Assembly (NCBI GenBank): GCA_964606485.1
Contig: CAZSGP010000004.1
Span: forward strand, 92,365-156,364
Length of the DNA: 64,000 nt
From: an uncultured Planctomycetia bacterium
Lineage (GTDB): Bacteria > Omnitrophota > Gorgyraeia > 2-02-FULL-51-18
Reading direction: 5' to 3'
The notes below the pieces were generated by a model, which was not told the origin of the DNA, made no database searches, and was given only the letters and a program-made list of their open reading frames with translations. A program made the position numbers and the translations under genes. This document shows, piece by piece, positions 37,490 to 46,445 of the stretch; the first letter of the stretch is position 1, and each line of letters opens with the position of its first letter.

Positions 37490-38032
37490 TTAGTAGCTCT
37501 CGCCAGCCAGCGGTTCAACTTTGATGCCCCGCGATCTTAAGAATTTAATACCCGCTTCTAAATTTTTCTCGGTTCCTTCAAGCTCCAGCGTCATCTCCCC
37601 AATGGTTTCGGTGACACGCGCTTTACGGATATTGGGCATGATGTCGAATTTGGTCGCCATCAAAAACACAGCCGGTTCTTTGATTTGGTTTTGGGGAAAC
37701 ACGAGCGTCACTTGAGTTTTTACTTTTTTAGCTGTCTTTGATTTCGCGGGTTTTCCAGCACCACCAGCAATGGCCGGAATAATCGAAATGTCATCGCCAC
37801 TTTTAAGCGCCGTCTCTTGGCCTTGCAGAAAACGAATGTCTTCTTCATTGACGTAAACGTTTACGAAACGGCGAAGTTTTCCTTCGGCATCACAAATGCG
37901 TTCTTTGATACCTGGATAGGTTTTTTCCAGATGCGCGAGCATGGAGTTGATATCGGCCGCCTCGCAGAGCACTTCAGACTGGCCGGCGGTTAATTTTTGA
38001 AGCGGTGTAGGAATTCTTACTTTGACTGCCAT
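37490..38032 (-). CDS. MoaD/CysO-type sulfur-carrier domain (ending AIAGG) fused to a C-terminal NIL/ACT-like domain
   Basis: Residues 1-91 form a beta-grasp carrier ending ...[15 protein letters not shown] Lys-rich linker follows, then an ~70-aa domain ([12 protein letters not shown]...GIKVEP). Confidence 0.65.
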   Translation of the reverse strand: MAVKVRIPTPLQKLTAGQSEVLCEAADINSMLAHLEKTYPGIKERICDAEGKLRRFVNVYVNEEDIRFLQGQETALKSGDDISIIPAIAGGAGKPAKSKTAKKVKTQVTLVFPQNQIKEPAVFLMATKFDIMPNIRKARVTETIGEMTLELEGTEKNLEAGIKFLRSRGIKVEPLAGESY

Positions 38033-39279
38033 ACGTCCTCCTTGATCTTTTTTTCGCCTTTTAAAGCGTGTTCAAAAGATTCCAAATTTGCCTTAATCTT
38101 ATACGGCTTGCCGATGTGGTCCGTGATCGCTTCCTGGGTCTTGAGTCCATTTCCAGTAATGCAAATCACGACTGACTCATTTTTGGGAATGACCCCGTTT
38201 TCGATGAGCTTCTTCGTCACCGCGGTGGTCACACCACCCGCCGTTTCGGTAAAAATTCCCTCGGTTGAAGCCAAGAGCTTAATGCCATCAATAATTTCCT
38301 GGTCGGTCACCGTTTCGGCACAGCCGCCCGAGTCGCGCATGGCGTCCATCGCGTAAATGCCGTCAGCCGGGTTTCCAATCGCCAATGATTTGGCGATGGT
38401 CTTTGGCTTCACCGGTTTAATGATTTCGCTTTTGTCTCTCATCGCTTGTGCAACGGGAGAACAGCCCTCGGCTTGCGCGCCGTAAATTTTCGAATCGACT
38501 TCGTCAATCAAGCCGAGCTTTTTAAATTCTTTAAACGCTTTCCAAATTTTGACCAGCAGCGAACCGCTCGCGACCGGCACTACAATGTGCTTAGGGGTTT
38601 TCCATCCGAGCTGTTCCATCACTTCGTAGCCGTAGGTTTTGGAACCTTCAGCGTAATAGGGACGAATGTTAATATTTACGAACGCCCATTTGTAACGCGA
38701 AGCAATTTCCGCGCAGAGACGGTTCACGTCATCGTAATTTCCGTCGACGGCCACAAGATTCGGATTGTAAGCGAGCGCTCCGACGACTTTCCCCATTTCT
38801 AAATCAGAGGGAATAAAAATAAATCGATTGAGACCCGCCCAGGCGGCTTGAGCACTCACGGAACCGGCTAAATTTCCGGTCGAGGCGCAGGCTACGGTTT
38901 TAAAGCCAAGCTCTTTGGCTTTGGTGAGAGCGACGGCCACCACGCGGTCTTTAAAAGAAAGGGTTGGGTGACAAACGGAGTCATCTTTAATATAAAGCTC
39001 TTTAACTCCCAGCACTTTGGCGAGATTGTCCGCTTTAAAAAGCGGGGTGAAGCCTGCATGAAATCCGACCGTCGGGGCGCCATCAATCGGCAATAAGTCA
39101 CGGTAACGCCAAATCGACTGGGGGCCTTTTTCGATCGATGCGCGGCTAATCTTTTTCTTAATTTGTTCGTAGTCATAGTCGACTTCGAGGGACCCAAAGC
39201 AAAATTCGCAGACATAGGTTGCCGCAATCGGATAAATCCGCGAACATTCCCGGCACTTCAAACCTTTTACAAGACTCAT
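38017..39279 (-). CDS. Threonine synthase family PLP enzyme with N-terminal Zn-ribbon (ThrC or sulfur-carrier-dependent MetM-like)
   Basis: CxxC...CxxC ribbon (CRECSRIY...CEFCFG), the PLP lysine in PTLSFKDR, and a fold-type II Gly-rich loop. Confidence 0.8.
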   Translation of the reverse strand: MSLVKGLKCRECSRIYPIAATYVCEFCFGSLEVDYDYEQIKKKISRASIEKGPQSIWRYRDLLPIDGAPTVGFHAGFTPLFKADNLAKVLGVKELYIKDDSVCHPTLSFKDRVVAVALTKAKELGFKTVACASTGNLAGSVSAQAAWAGLNRFIFIPSDLEMGKVVGALAYNPNLVAVDGNYDDVNRLCAEIASRYKWAFVNINIRPYYAEGSKTYGYEVMEQLGWKTPKHIVVPVASGSLLVKIWKAFKEFKKLGLIDEVDSKIYGAQAEGCSPVAQAMRDKSEIIKPVKPKTIAKSLAIGNPADGIYAMDAMRDSGGCAETVTDQEIIDGIKLLASTEGIFTETAGGVTTAVTKKLIENGVIPKNESVVICITGNGLKTQEAITDHIGKPYKIKANLESFEHALKGEKKIKEDVWQSK

Positions 39280-39312
39280 AATCCTCTTTTCCTAATCAGA
39301 CTGACTAAGTTA

Positions 39313-40338
39313 TCACTTCTGGGGGGCTGATTCAACCTTGCCCGCGCTGAGCTCTTTGAGCAAACCGTTCTCAAAAAGTCCCGTCAAATCTGGCTCCTTT
39401 TTAAGAAAACCAGCTAGATACGCCGAATGCGCCTGCTGTTTCACCGTCTCGGCGAGGGGATCCGTCGTAAACGCCACCCGCTTCCAAGCCGAGTCGAGGA
39501 TGATCTGATCCATGGGTTTTCCGGTTTCTCGCTCGATTTCCTTTTTAAAAGCGGCCTTCGCCTCTTCGGGATGAGCGTTGATCCAAGTTGTGAGCTCCAC
39601 ATGAGTTTTTAGAAATTTTTTGACGAGTTCCGGATTTTTTTTCAGAAACTCGGTACGCACTAAGACCACCGTGGTGGCGTATTTCCCATCGGGCCAGAGA
39701 GAAGATTCCTCCAGATACACTTTTGCGCTAGCGGTTTTTTCTAAAATCGAAACCCAGGGCTCCACTGTCCAAGACGCTTCAATTTCTTTTTTAAGAAAAA
39801 GAGAAACGTGGTCGGAATTAGACACTGGCAGCACCGAGACGTCTCCCCCTTTTTCAGACAGTTTTAAATTATTTTGAGCAAGCCACGAACGAAGCGACAC
39901 GTCCTGGGTATTGCCTAGTTGAGGTGACGCGATTTTTTTTCCGTGAAAATCTTCAGGCTTTGTAATTCCAGAATCCGCTCGCACTAAAAGGGCTGCTCCA
40001 CCGGAACTCGCGCCCGCAACAATCCGCACCGCTTCCCCTTGGGATTTCACATACGCATTCACCGCGGGACTCGGTCCGATGTACGCAATATCAAGCTGTC
40101 CGGCAAATAGCGCCTCTACCGCCGAGGGTCCGGCATTGAACGTCTTCCAGTCAATCGGAGCATCCGGCGATAAGCTTTTTTCAAACCATCCCTCGCCGCG
40201 GCCGATCAGTGCTTGGGCGTGCGTGATGTTGGAAAAATGTCCAACTCGGACCGCAGTCCGTGACGGATCCGCTGACGTTCTAGTGGCGGACCCGACTCCA
40301 ATTATAAAAATAAAAAATAGCCCTAAGATTTTTTTCAT
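39313..40338 (-). CDS. ABC transporter substrate-binding protein, NitT/TauT (SsuA/TauA-like) family
   Basis: The ATG at 40338 gives MKKILGLFFIFIIGVGSATRTSA (signal peptide). The 149-aa upstream extension of the six-frame ORF overlaps the permease gene and is rejected. Confidence 0.75.
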   Translation of the reverse strand: MKKILGLFFIFIIGVGSATRTSADPSRTAVRVGHFSNITHAQALIGRGEGWFEKSLSPDAPIDWKTFNAGPSAVEALFAGQLDIAYIGPSPAVNAYVKSQGEAVRIVAGASSGGAALLVRADSGITKPEDFHGKKIASPQLGNTQDVSLRSWLAQNNLKLSEKGGDVSVLPVSNSDHVSLFLKKEIEASWTVEPWVSILEKTASAKVYLEESSLWPDGKYATTVVLVRTEFLKKNPELVKKFLKTHVELTTWINAHPEEAKAAFKKEIERETGKPMDQIILDSAWKRVAFTTDPLAETVKQQAHSAYLAGFLKKEPDLTGLFENGLLKELSAGKVESAPQK

Positions 40339-41093
40339 CGTCTTTCCAGCCCCCAAATAACCCGGACTTCTCGTTCCAAGCGTCCAAAAATAAAAATGTC
40401 CATAACCACTCCGATAACGACGATCACAATCATCACGGCAATCACCTGGCTCATATCGTTGAGCTCGCGGCCCATGTTTAAAAGATGTCCTAGTCCTAGG
40501 CTCACAAAAAGAATTTCTCCTGCCATCAGGGAACGCCAAGCAAAAGACCATCCCTGCTTGAGGCCCGCCAAAATGGACGGGAACGCGGCTGGTAGAACGA
40601 CTTCGGTGAAGAGCCGCATCCCTTTGGCGCCCATATTCACTCCGGCTCGCAAAAAAAGAGGTTGGATGGATTTGACGCCGCCGTCCGTCGCAATCGCCAC
40701 TGACAACATCGATCCCATCACCACGACGAAAATAATCGCGGACTCGTTTAATCCAAACCATAAGATAGCTAGGGGCAACCAACAAATGCTCGGCAAGGTT
40801 TGAAGGCCGACGAAAAATCCACCGAGCGTTTCATCTAAAATTTTAAATTTCCCGATCAAGAGACCTAGCAGCACTCCAAAAAAAACAGAGATGCCATATC
40901 CAATTACAAGGCGCTTCATACTGACACCGATCGCAATCAAAAACGAGCGGTCTGCGAAACCCAATTGCAGGGTTTCCAAAACCTGCCCGGGTGACGGGAA
41001 AAGATACGGAGGCCAGATCTTTAAATTATAAAAAAATTGCCAGCCGGCAATCAGCAGTCCATAGAACGCAAGTTGCCTTAAAATTTTGAGCAT
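40335..41093 (-). CDS. ABC transporter permease (SsuC/TauC-like)
   Basis: 252 aa with 6 TM segments and a binding-protein-dependent transport signature region. Confidence 0.8.
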   Translation of the reverse strand: MLKILRQLAFYGLLIAGWQFFYNLKIWPPYLFPSPGQVLETLQLGFADRSFLIAIGVSMKRLVIGYGISVFFGVLLGLLIGKFKILDETLGGFFVGLQTLPSICWLPLAILWFGLNESAIIFVVVMGSMLSVAIATDGGVKSIQPLFLRAGVNMGAKGMRLFTEVVLPAAFPSILAGLKQGWSFAWRSLMAGEILFVSLGLGHLLNMGRELNDMSQVIAVMIVIVVIGVVMDIFIFGRLEREVRVIWGLERR

Positions 41094-41102
41094 GCGTTCC
41101 TA

Positions 41103-42032
41103 TTAGATATTAAAATATGGTTCAAGACTCAAATAACGTTCGCCAGAATCTGGGAAAAGCGTCACGACGGTTTTTCCTGCGCCTAAACTCTTAGCCACCT
41201 TTAAGGCGCCTACACAGGCCGCACCACACGAAATACCGGCAAAGATTCCTTCTTCTTTCGAAAGCCTTTTGGACATCTTGTAGGCTTCTTGATCTTCGAC
41301 GGCAATAATTTCGTCTACAATCTTTCGATTCAGAACATCCGGCACGAAACCTGCGCCGATTCCTTGAATCATATGCGGACCGGGTTTACCACCGGACAAA
41401 ATTGCAGACGTTGCCGGTTCCACCGCCACGATTCGGATATTTGGAAATTGTTTCTTTAAAACTTCTCCCACACCGGTCAACGTTCCGCCAGTGCCGACTC
41501 CGGCCACGAACGCATGAATCTCACCTTCGACGTCGTGCAAAATTTCCTTAGCGGTCGTTTTTTTGTGCGCGCCCGGGTTGTCCGGGTTCATAAACTGTTG
41601 AGGCATAAAAGCACTCGGCGTTGCCGCGACAATCTCACGCGCTTTTTCGACTGCTCCGACCATGCCATCACGCGCCGGAGTCATCACTACTTGCGCGCCA
41701 AAACTTTCTAAAATTTGGATCCGCTCCTGGCTCATCGCTTCCGGCATGGTGAGAATAACCTTGTAACCCTTCACCGCTCCGACAATGGCAAGGCCGATGC
41801 CGGTGTTACCGCTTGTGGGCTCCACAATCACGCAACCCGGTTTCAGCAGTCCTTTTTTTTCAGCCTGCTCGACCATGTTGAAAGCAATACGGTCTTTGAC
41901 ACTGGCGCCCGGGTTAAACATTTCCAATTTCGCCAAAACAGTCGCCGAGTTTTTTTCCACGACTTTGTTGAGACGCACGATCGGCGTATTACCAATGAGT
42001 TCTAACGCGTTTTCGTAAACTTTGTTATTCAT
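41103..42032 (-). CDS. cysK: Cysteine synthase (O-acetylserine/O-phosphoserine sulfhydrylase)
   Basis: The PLP lysine in [21 protein letters not shown], and full-length CysK/CysM similarity. Confidence 0.9.
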   Translation of the reverse strand: MNNKVYENALELIGNTPIVRLNKVVEKNSATVLAKLEMFNPGASVKDRIAFNMVEQAEKKGLLKPGCVIVEPTSGNTGIGLAIVGAVKGYKVILTMPEAMSQERIQILESFGAQVVMTPARDGMVGAVEKAREIVAATPSAFMPQQFMNPDNPGAHKKTTAKEILHDVEGEIHAFVAGVGTGGTLTGVGEVLKKQFPNIRIVAVEPATSAILSGGKPGPHMIQGIGAGFVPDVLNRKIVDEIIAVEDQEAYKMSKRLSKEEGIFAGISCGAACVGALKVAKSLGAGKTVVTLFPDSGERYLSLEPYFNI

Positions 42033-42250
42033 TACGCTCCCCCACCCATATAAAAAATAAACTCCACTTTATCCCCGTTTTTAATTTCCGTCGTCTCGTA
42101 GTCGAGTTTCTGTAAAATATTTTCGTTTATTTCAACCGTCACAAGCTCCGGTTTCATTTTCCATTTCGTGAGTAGGGCTGTGACGCTTAGACCTGCCTGA
42201 ATTTCTTGGGGTTTTCCGTTCAGCGTAATCTTAATCAGTTGGTCGGCCAT
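42032..42250 (-). CDS. ThiS/CysO-like sulfur-carrier protein ending ...YMGGGA
   Basis: A 72-aa beta-grasp protein. A C-terminal Gly-Gly followed by one extra residue suggests protease maturation. It lies between the JAMM protease gene and cysK. Confidence 0.65.
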   Translation of the reverse strand: MADQLIKITLNGKPQEIQAGLSVTALLTKWKMKPELVTVEINENILQKLDYETTEIKNGDKVEFIFYMGGGA

Positions 42251-42262
42251 ATTTTCCTTTTC

Positions 42263-42664
42263 TTAATCGACGATATTAATTGTTTCTTCCGACACTTTTT
42301 CGTTTTCAATCTTAAATGAACGTAAAATGGGTTTTTGCATATCTGAGAGTGACACGATCAAATAACTGGGCTCTGGGTAAAACGCAAGGCGCACATCTTT
42401 TTGGGACGGAAATGCCTCACTCGCCACATGCGAGTGAAATATTCCCGTCAGTTCTAATTTCAAATCGCGCATTTCTTTAAAAACCTTGAGCTGTTCTTTT
42501 GGATCCATAAAGTAACTGACACTCGCCTCGTCCATGTTGCGCATGGGGAAATATTTTGAACCTTCCTTTTCCTTCGAACCCGCTAAAATGCCGCAGGCCT
42601 CGTTGGGAAATCCAGCCTTGGCGTGTGCGATCATGTCGTTGTAAACCGATTTTTTGAGTTTCAT
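42263..42664 (-). CDS. JAMM/MPN+ metalloprotease (Mec+ type sulfur-carrier C-terminal hydrolase)
   Basis: JAMM motif E..HSHVASEAFPSQKD (H-x-H-x7-S-x2-D). Confidence 0.8.
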   Translation of the reverse strand: MKLKKSVYNDMIAHAKAGFPNEACGILAGSKEKEGSKYFPMRNMDEASVSYFMDPKEQLKVFKEMRDLKLELTGIFHSHVASEAFPSQKDVRLAFYPEPSYLIVSLSDMQKPILRSFKIENEKVSEETINIVD

Positions 42665-43494
42665 TAGATATTGCTCCCCACGTTGCGCTCGGCAGCAGTC
42701 AGCGGCCGGTGCGTGGTTTCAATGTCGAGTTGTTCGCGCGCAACTTTGTCGATTTCGTCCTTCAACGAGGACATGATGCGCGCTTGTATCGTTAAAAGAT
42801 GCGGATCTTGTTCTGTGCGCGGTCGTGGCACGTGAATCGCGTACTCGCCTTTAATTGCACCAGGCCGCGCTGAAATTTCGAGCACGCGGTCGGCTAAAAA
42901 TGTCGCTTCGCGCACATTGTGCGTCACAAAAAAAATGGTTTTCTTCGTTTTCTGCCAAATATCCTGCAGTTCTTCCATCAGCATCTGGCGAGTTTGAGCG
43001 TCGAGAGCAGCAAACGGCTCATCCATGAGTAAAATTTTGGGGTCCATGACGAGCGCTCGCGCAATCGCCGCGCGCTGTTTCATGCCGCCGGAGAGTTCGT
43101 GAGGATGTGCGTTTATAAATTTCGACAGATGCACCATCTTGATCGCCTCCATCGCGCGCTCACGTCGTTCGGCTTCCGCGACACCCGCGATTTTCAAACC
43201 AAAACTCACGTTCTCTAAAACGGTGAGCCACGGAAAAAGAGCCGCTTCTTGAAAAACCACAAGCCGGTCTGGCGAGGGACCGGTCACGGCCTTGCCTTCT
43301 ACAAAAACCTCTCCAGAGTCGGGGAATTCCAATCCCGCGATCATCGAGATCAGCGTGGACTTCCCACAACCCGAAGGACCGAGCACGCAAATAAATTCTC
43401 CGTCCTCAATGCTGAAATTCACGTCCCGAAGGACCGATATTTTTTGGCCTTTTTGCTTAAAACTTTTATGAATGTGTTTTAAAGAAACTTTCAT
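42664..43494 (-). CDS. ABC transporter ATP-binding protein (SsuB/TauB-like)
   Basis: Walker A GPSGCGKST, the LSGGMKQR signature, and Walker B LLMDEPF. The ATG at 43494 overlaps the cysH stop as TAATG. Confidence 0.85.
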   Translation of the reverse strand: MKVSLKHIHKSFKQKGQKISVLRDVNFSIEDGEFICVLGPSGCGKSTLISMIAGLEFPDSGEVFVEGKAVTGPSPDRLVVFQEAALFPWLTVLENVSFGLKIAGVAEAERRERAMEAIKMVHLSKFINAHPHELSGGMKQRAAIARALVMDPKILLMDEPFAALDAQTRQMLMEELQDIWQKTKKTIFFVTHNVREATFLADRVLEISARPGAIKGEYAIHVPRPRTEQDPHLLTIQARIMSSLKDEIDKVAREQLDIETTHRPLTAAERNVGSNI

Positions 43495-44198
43495 TATTTT
43501 TTGGGCAAGTGCAATCCGCACTCTTTGTGTTCGGGGTTTTCCCACCACCAGCGACCCGCGCGCACATCTTCGCCAGACTTAACGGCCCGCGTGCAAGGCG
43601 CACAGCCAATGGACGGGTAGCCCAAATCATGCAGCCTGTTGTAAGGAACTTTATTGGCCTTGATGTAATCCCAAACTTGTTTTTCGGTCCAGTCTGCCAG
43701 AGGATTGATTTTAAAAATTCCTCCGTGCGATGCATCTGTTTCTACTTTTTGAACGTCCGCGCGCGTCACCGACTGTTCACGCCGCAAACCCGTGATCCAC
43801 GCTTCCAAACCGCTTAAAGCTCGATTGAGCGGTTCGACTTTGCGGATGCCACAGCACTCTTTACGGTTTTCGATGGACTCCTTAAACGAAAAAAATCCCT
43901 TCACACGTTCGAGCGTTTCCACTTTTACTGCGTCCGGAAAATACGACTCGATTGAAATTTTATATTTGCGTCGGATCGCGTCCATCACTTCATACGTTTC
44001 TTCGTTCAAACGGCCGGTGTCGAGCGTGAAAATGCGCGCAGACGGATCAATCTTTACTAAAAGATCAATGAGCACCACGTCTTCGGCGCCAAAGGAAGAG
44101 GCTAATGCAATCTTAGAACCGAATTGCTTGATCGCCCACCGCAAAACAGTTTGCGGATCTTGATTTTTAAATTCTGAATTTAATTTTTTAATATCCAT
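43494..44198 (-). CDS. cysH: Adenosine 5'-phosphosulfate (APS) reductase, Fe-S type CysH
   Basis: PAPS_reduct fold with the C-terminal ECGLH motif, a Cys-Cys pair (KECCGIRK) and a CxxC (CAPC), consistent with the [4Fe-4S] APS-specific subclass. Confidence 0.85.
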   Translation of the reverse strand: MDIKKLNSEFKNQDPQTVLRWAIKQFGSKIALASSFGAEDVVLIDLLVKIDPSARIFTLDTGRLNEETYEVMDAIRRKYKISIESYFPDAVKVETLERVKGFFSFKESIENRKECCGIRKVEPLNRALSGLEAWITGLRREQSVTRADVQKVETDASHGGIFKINPLADWTEKQVWDYIKANKVPYNRLHDLGYPSIGCAPCTRAVKSGEDVRAGRWWWENPEHKECGLHLPKK

Positions 44199-44202
44199 CG
44201 TG

Positions 44203-44260
44203 TAGGGGCGCGATTCATCGCGCCCTGTTTATAGCGGGCGCAATAAATTGCGCCCCTACG
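44203..44260. repeat. GC-rich nested hairpins in the cysN-cysH intergenic spacer
   Basis: GTAGGGGCGC GATTCATC GCGCCCT GTTTAT AGCGGGCGC AATAAATT GCGCCCCTAC. A 10-bp outer stem encloses two inner hairpins with alternative pairings. It is not followed by a U-tract. Confidence 0.4.
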
Positions 44261-44263
44261 TTT

Positions 44264-45544
44264 TCAAATTGCACTAAAATGTTCCGCTTTTTTTAGAATA
44301 ATCCCGCCGCCGCGCACGTCGTGCTCATGAACAATCACAAAGCGCCCGGTTTCAGGGACCACGTCAAACGTGTCGAATGCCACAGGCTTCTTCGTCGAAA
44401 AAATAATTTCCGCTACTTCATTCTTTGCGACTTCGGTGGCGTTTCTAGAAATTTCCTCGAGTGTCGAAGAGTTGATCACTTTCAAAATAGACTCCACCGT
44501 GCATTCGACTTCTTGAGTGCCCACTTTTAAAAGGTATTTGCCGGCTTTTTGGAGATGTTTATTGCCCATCCAAAATAAATTGGCGTGGAACCGATCGGAC
44601 ACATGCGGCGCCTGGGTTTTTAAAGCGCCGATTTCCCCGCGCTCCACAAAAATCTGATCTTCCATGGTAAAACCAACCGATTGACCCGCGTGGGCTTCTG
44701 ATTTAAGAGGCCCATTCCAGTTTTCGATGGTTTTAATTTTAACGTTTTTGCCTGACGGGTAGAACGCTAGCTCGTCGCCTACCTTGATGCTGCCGCTCTC
44801 TACGCGGCCGGCAATAATGCGTCGCTTGTCGAATTTGTAAACGTCCTGCACCGGGTAGCGAAATGGCGCCTTCGTGCGGTCGTCGCTCGTTGCAAAATTA
44901 TCGAGAATTTCAAGAATCGATTGACCCGTGTACCAATCCATTTTCGTGCTTTTTTGCATCACGTTTTCGCCGTGATACGCCGAAATCGGAACAAACACGC
45001 GGGGCTTCACGCCTATCGTCGACAAATACTGCGTGTACGTTTTTTTGGTGTTTTCAAATACTTCCTGAGAATAATTCACCAAATCCATTTTATTCATCAC
45101 AATCGCAATTTGTTTGATGCCGAGTAGCGACAATAAATACGCGTGTCTCCGGCTTTGTTCCTGAATCCCTTCTTCGGCGTCGATCATGAGAAACGCCACG
45201 TCCGCGTTAGACGCGCCGGAAATCATGTTCTTCAAAAATTCTTTATGGCCTGGCGCATCGATAATGACGTAATTGCGTTTTTTGGTTTTAAAATAAATTT
45301 GTGCCACGTCAATCGTAATGCCCTGATCGCGCTCTTCTTCGAGTCCATCGAGCAAAAATGCAAACTCAAAACCTTTGCCCTGGTCTTCGCAAACTTTTTT
45401 CACATGCGCAAATTTATTTTCAGAAATAAATCCCGTTTCATGCAAAATCCGTCCGACGAGTGTCGACTTTCCATGGTCGACGTGTCCGACCATGACAATT
45501 TTTAACGTTTCCCCGGTCAGCGTGTCTTCAGTGACTTTACTCAT
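44264..45544 (-). CDS. cysN: Sulfate adenylyltransferase subunit 1 (GTPase) without APS-kinase domain
   Basis: GTPase G1-G4 motifs: GHVDHGKST, DAPGH, NKMD. 426 aa. Confidence 0.9.
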   Translation of the reverse strand: MSKVTEDTLTGETLKIVMVGHVDHGKSTLVGRILHETGFISENKFAHVKKVCEDQGKGFEFAFLLDGLEEERDQGITIDVAQIYFKTKKRNYVIIDAPGHKEFLKNMISGASNADVAFLMIDAEEGIQEQSRRHAYLLSLLGIKQIAIVMNKMDLVNYSQEVFENTKKTYTQYLSTIGVKPRVFVPISAYHGENVMQKSTKMDWYTGQSILEILDNFATSDDRTKAPFRYPVQDVYKFDKRRIIAGRVESGSIKVGDELAFYPSGKNVKIKTIENWNGPLKSEAHAGQSVGFTMEDQIFVERGEIGALKTQAPHVSDRFHANLFWMGNKHLQKAGKYLLKVGTQEVECTVESILKVINSSTLEEISRNATEVAKNEVAEIIFSTKKPVAFDTFDVVPETGRFVIVHEHDVRGGGIILKKAEHFSAI

Positions 45545-46353
45545 TACATGTAACCTTTCGCTCTTAATTTCTGCATGGCGTACGTGTCTTCCTGGTCCTG
45601 CGCACGGCCCGCTCGTTCAGAGGACTTCGTCGCTTTAAGCTCTGTGATAATTTCATCGACGGTGCTCGCGTTCGAATCGATGGGAAATGTGCAAGGCGCG
45701 CATCCCAAACTCCGGTAACGCTTTCCGTTTTTGGAGTAGTACAAGTCCACAAACGGAATATTTTCGCGCTTGATGTACTCCCACACATTCACTTCGGTCC
45801 AGTGTAAAAGCGGATGAATGCGGATATGCGTATTCTCATCAAAATTGGTTTTGAACTGATCCCAGAGCTCCGGCGGCTGATCCTTAAAATCCCATTCGAA
45901 GTTTTTGTCGCGCGGCGAAAAGTAGCGCTCTTTGGCGCGAGTGGATTCTTCGTCGCGACGGATGCCTAAAATCAAACCCTTATAATCGTACTGTTCCATG
46001 ATCTGCTGGAGACCGGCGGTCTTCAACGCACTGCAGCAAACCATACGGCCCTTGGTGTGGTTCATTCCATCGGCCAAAGCCGCTTTGTTCTGACCGACAA
46101 TCAAATTAAGATTCCATTCCTTGGCGTACTTGTCGCGAAACGCGATCATCTCGGGGATTTTGTAACTCGTGTCAATGTGAACGAGCGGAATTGGCACGTG
46201 GCCATAAAACGCCTTGCGGGCGAGCCACAAAAGCACATTGGAGTCCTTGCCGATTGACCACAACATGGCCAATTTCTTAAATTTTTTGTACGCTTCGCGC
46301 AAAATGAACACCGATTGGTGCTCTAGCTTGTCTAAATGGTCTTGAGAATCCAT
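45544..46353 (-). CDS. cysD: Sulfate adenylyltransferase subunit 2
   Basis: PAPS-reductase-like ATP-PPase fold with SIGKDS in the P-loop context; 269 aa. Confidence 0.9.
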   Translation of the reverse strand: MDSQDHLDKLEHQSVFILREAYKKFKKLAMLWSIGKDSNVLLWLARKAFYGHVPIPLVHIDTSYKIPEMIAFRDKYAKEWNLNLIVGQNKAALADGMNHTKGRMVCCSALKTAGLQQIMEQYDYKGLILGIRRDEESTRAKERYFSPRDKNFEWDFKDQPPELWDQFKTNFDENTHIRIHPLLHWTEVNVWEYIKRENIPFVDLYYSKNGKRYRSLGCAPCTFPIDSNASTVDEIITELKATKSSERAGRAQDQEDTYAMQKLRAKGYM

Positions 46354-46445
46354 GGCTTCATCCTTATATGACTATTTTAGTAATGATTAGTTGTGAAATA
46401 TTAATAACATATATAACTATTACTGTCAAGTATAGAGCCCGCTGT

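Noticed and set aside
39313-40785. The 490-aa six-frame ORF as a single protein
   Set aside because: The N-terminal 149 aa are Arg-rich and low-complexity and overlap the upstream permease gene in another frame. A clean signal peptide starts at the internal ATG at 40338, and only that portion is called.
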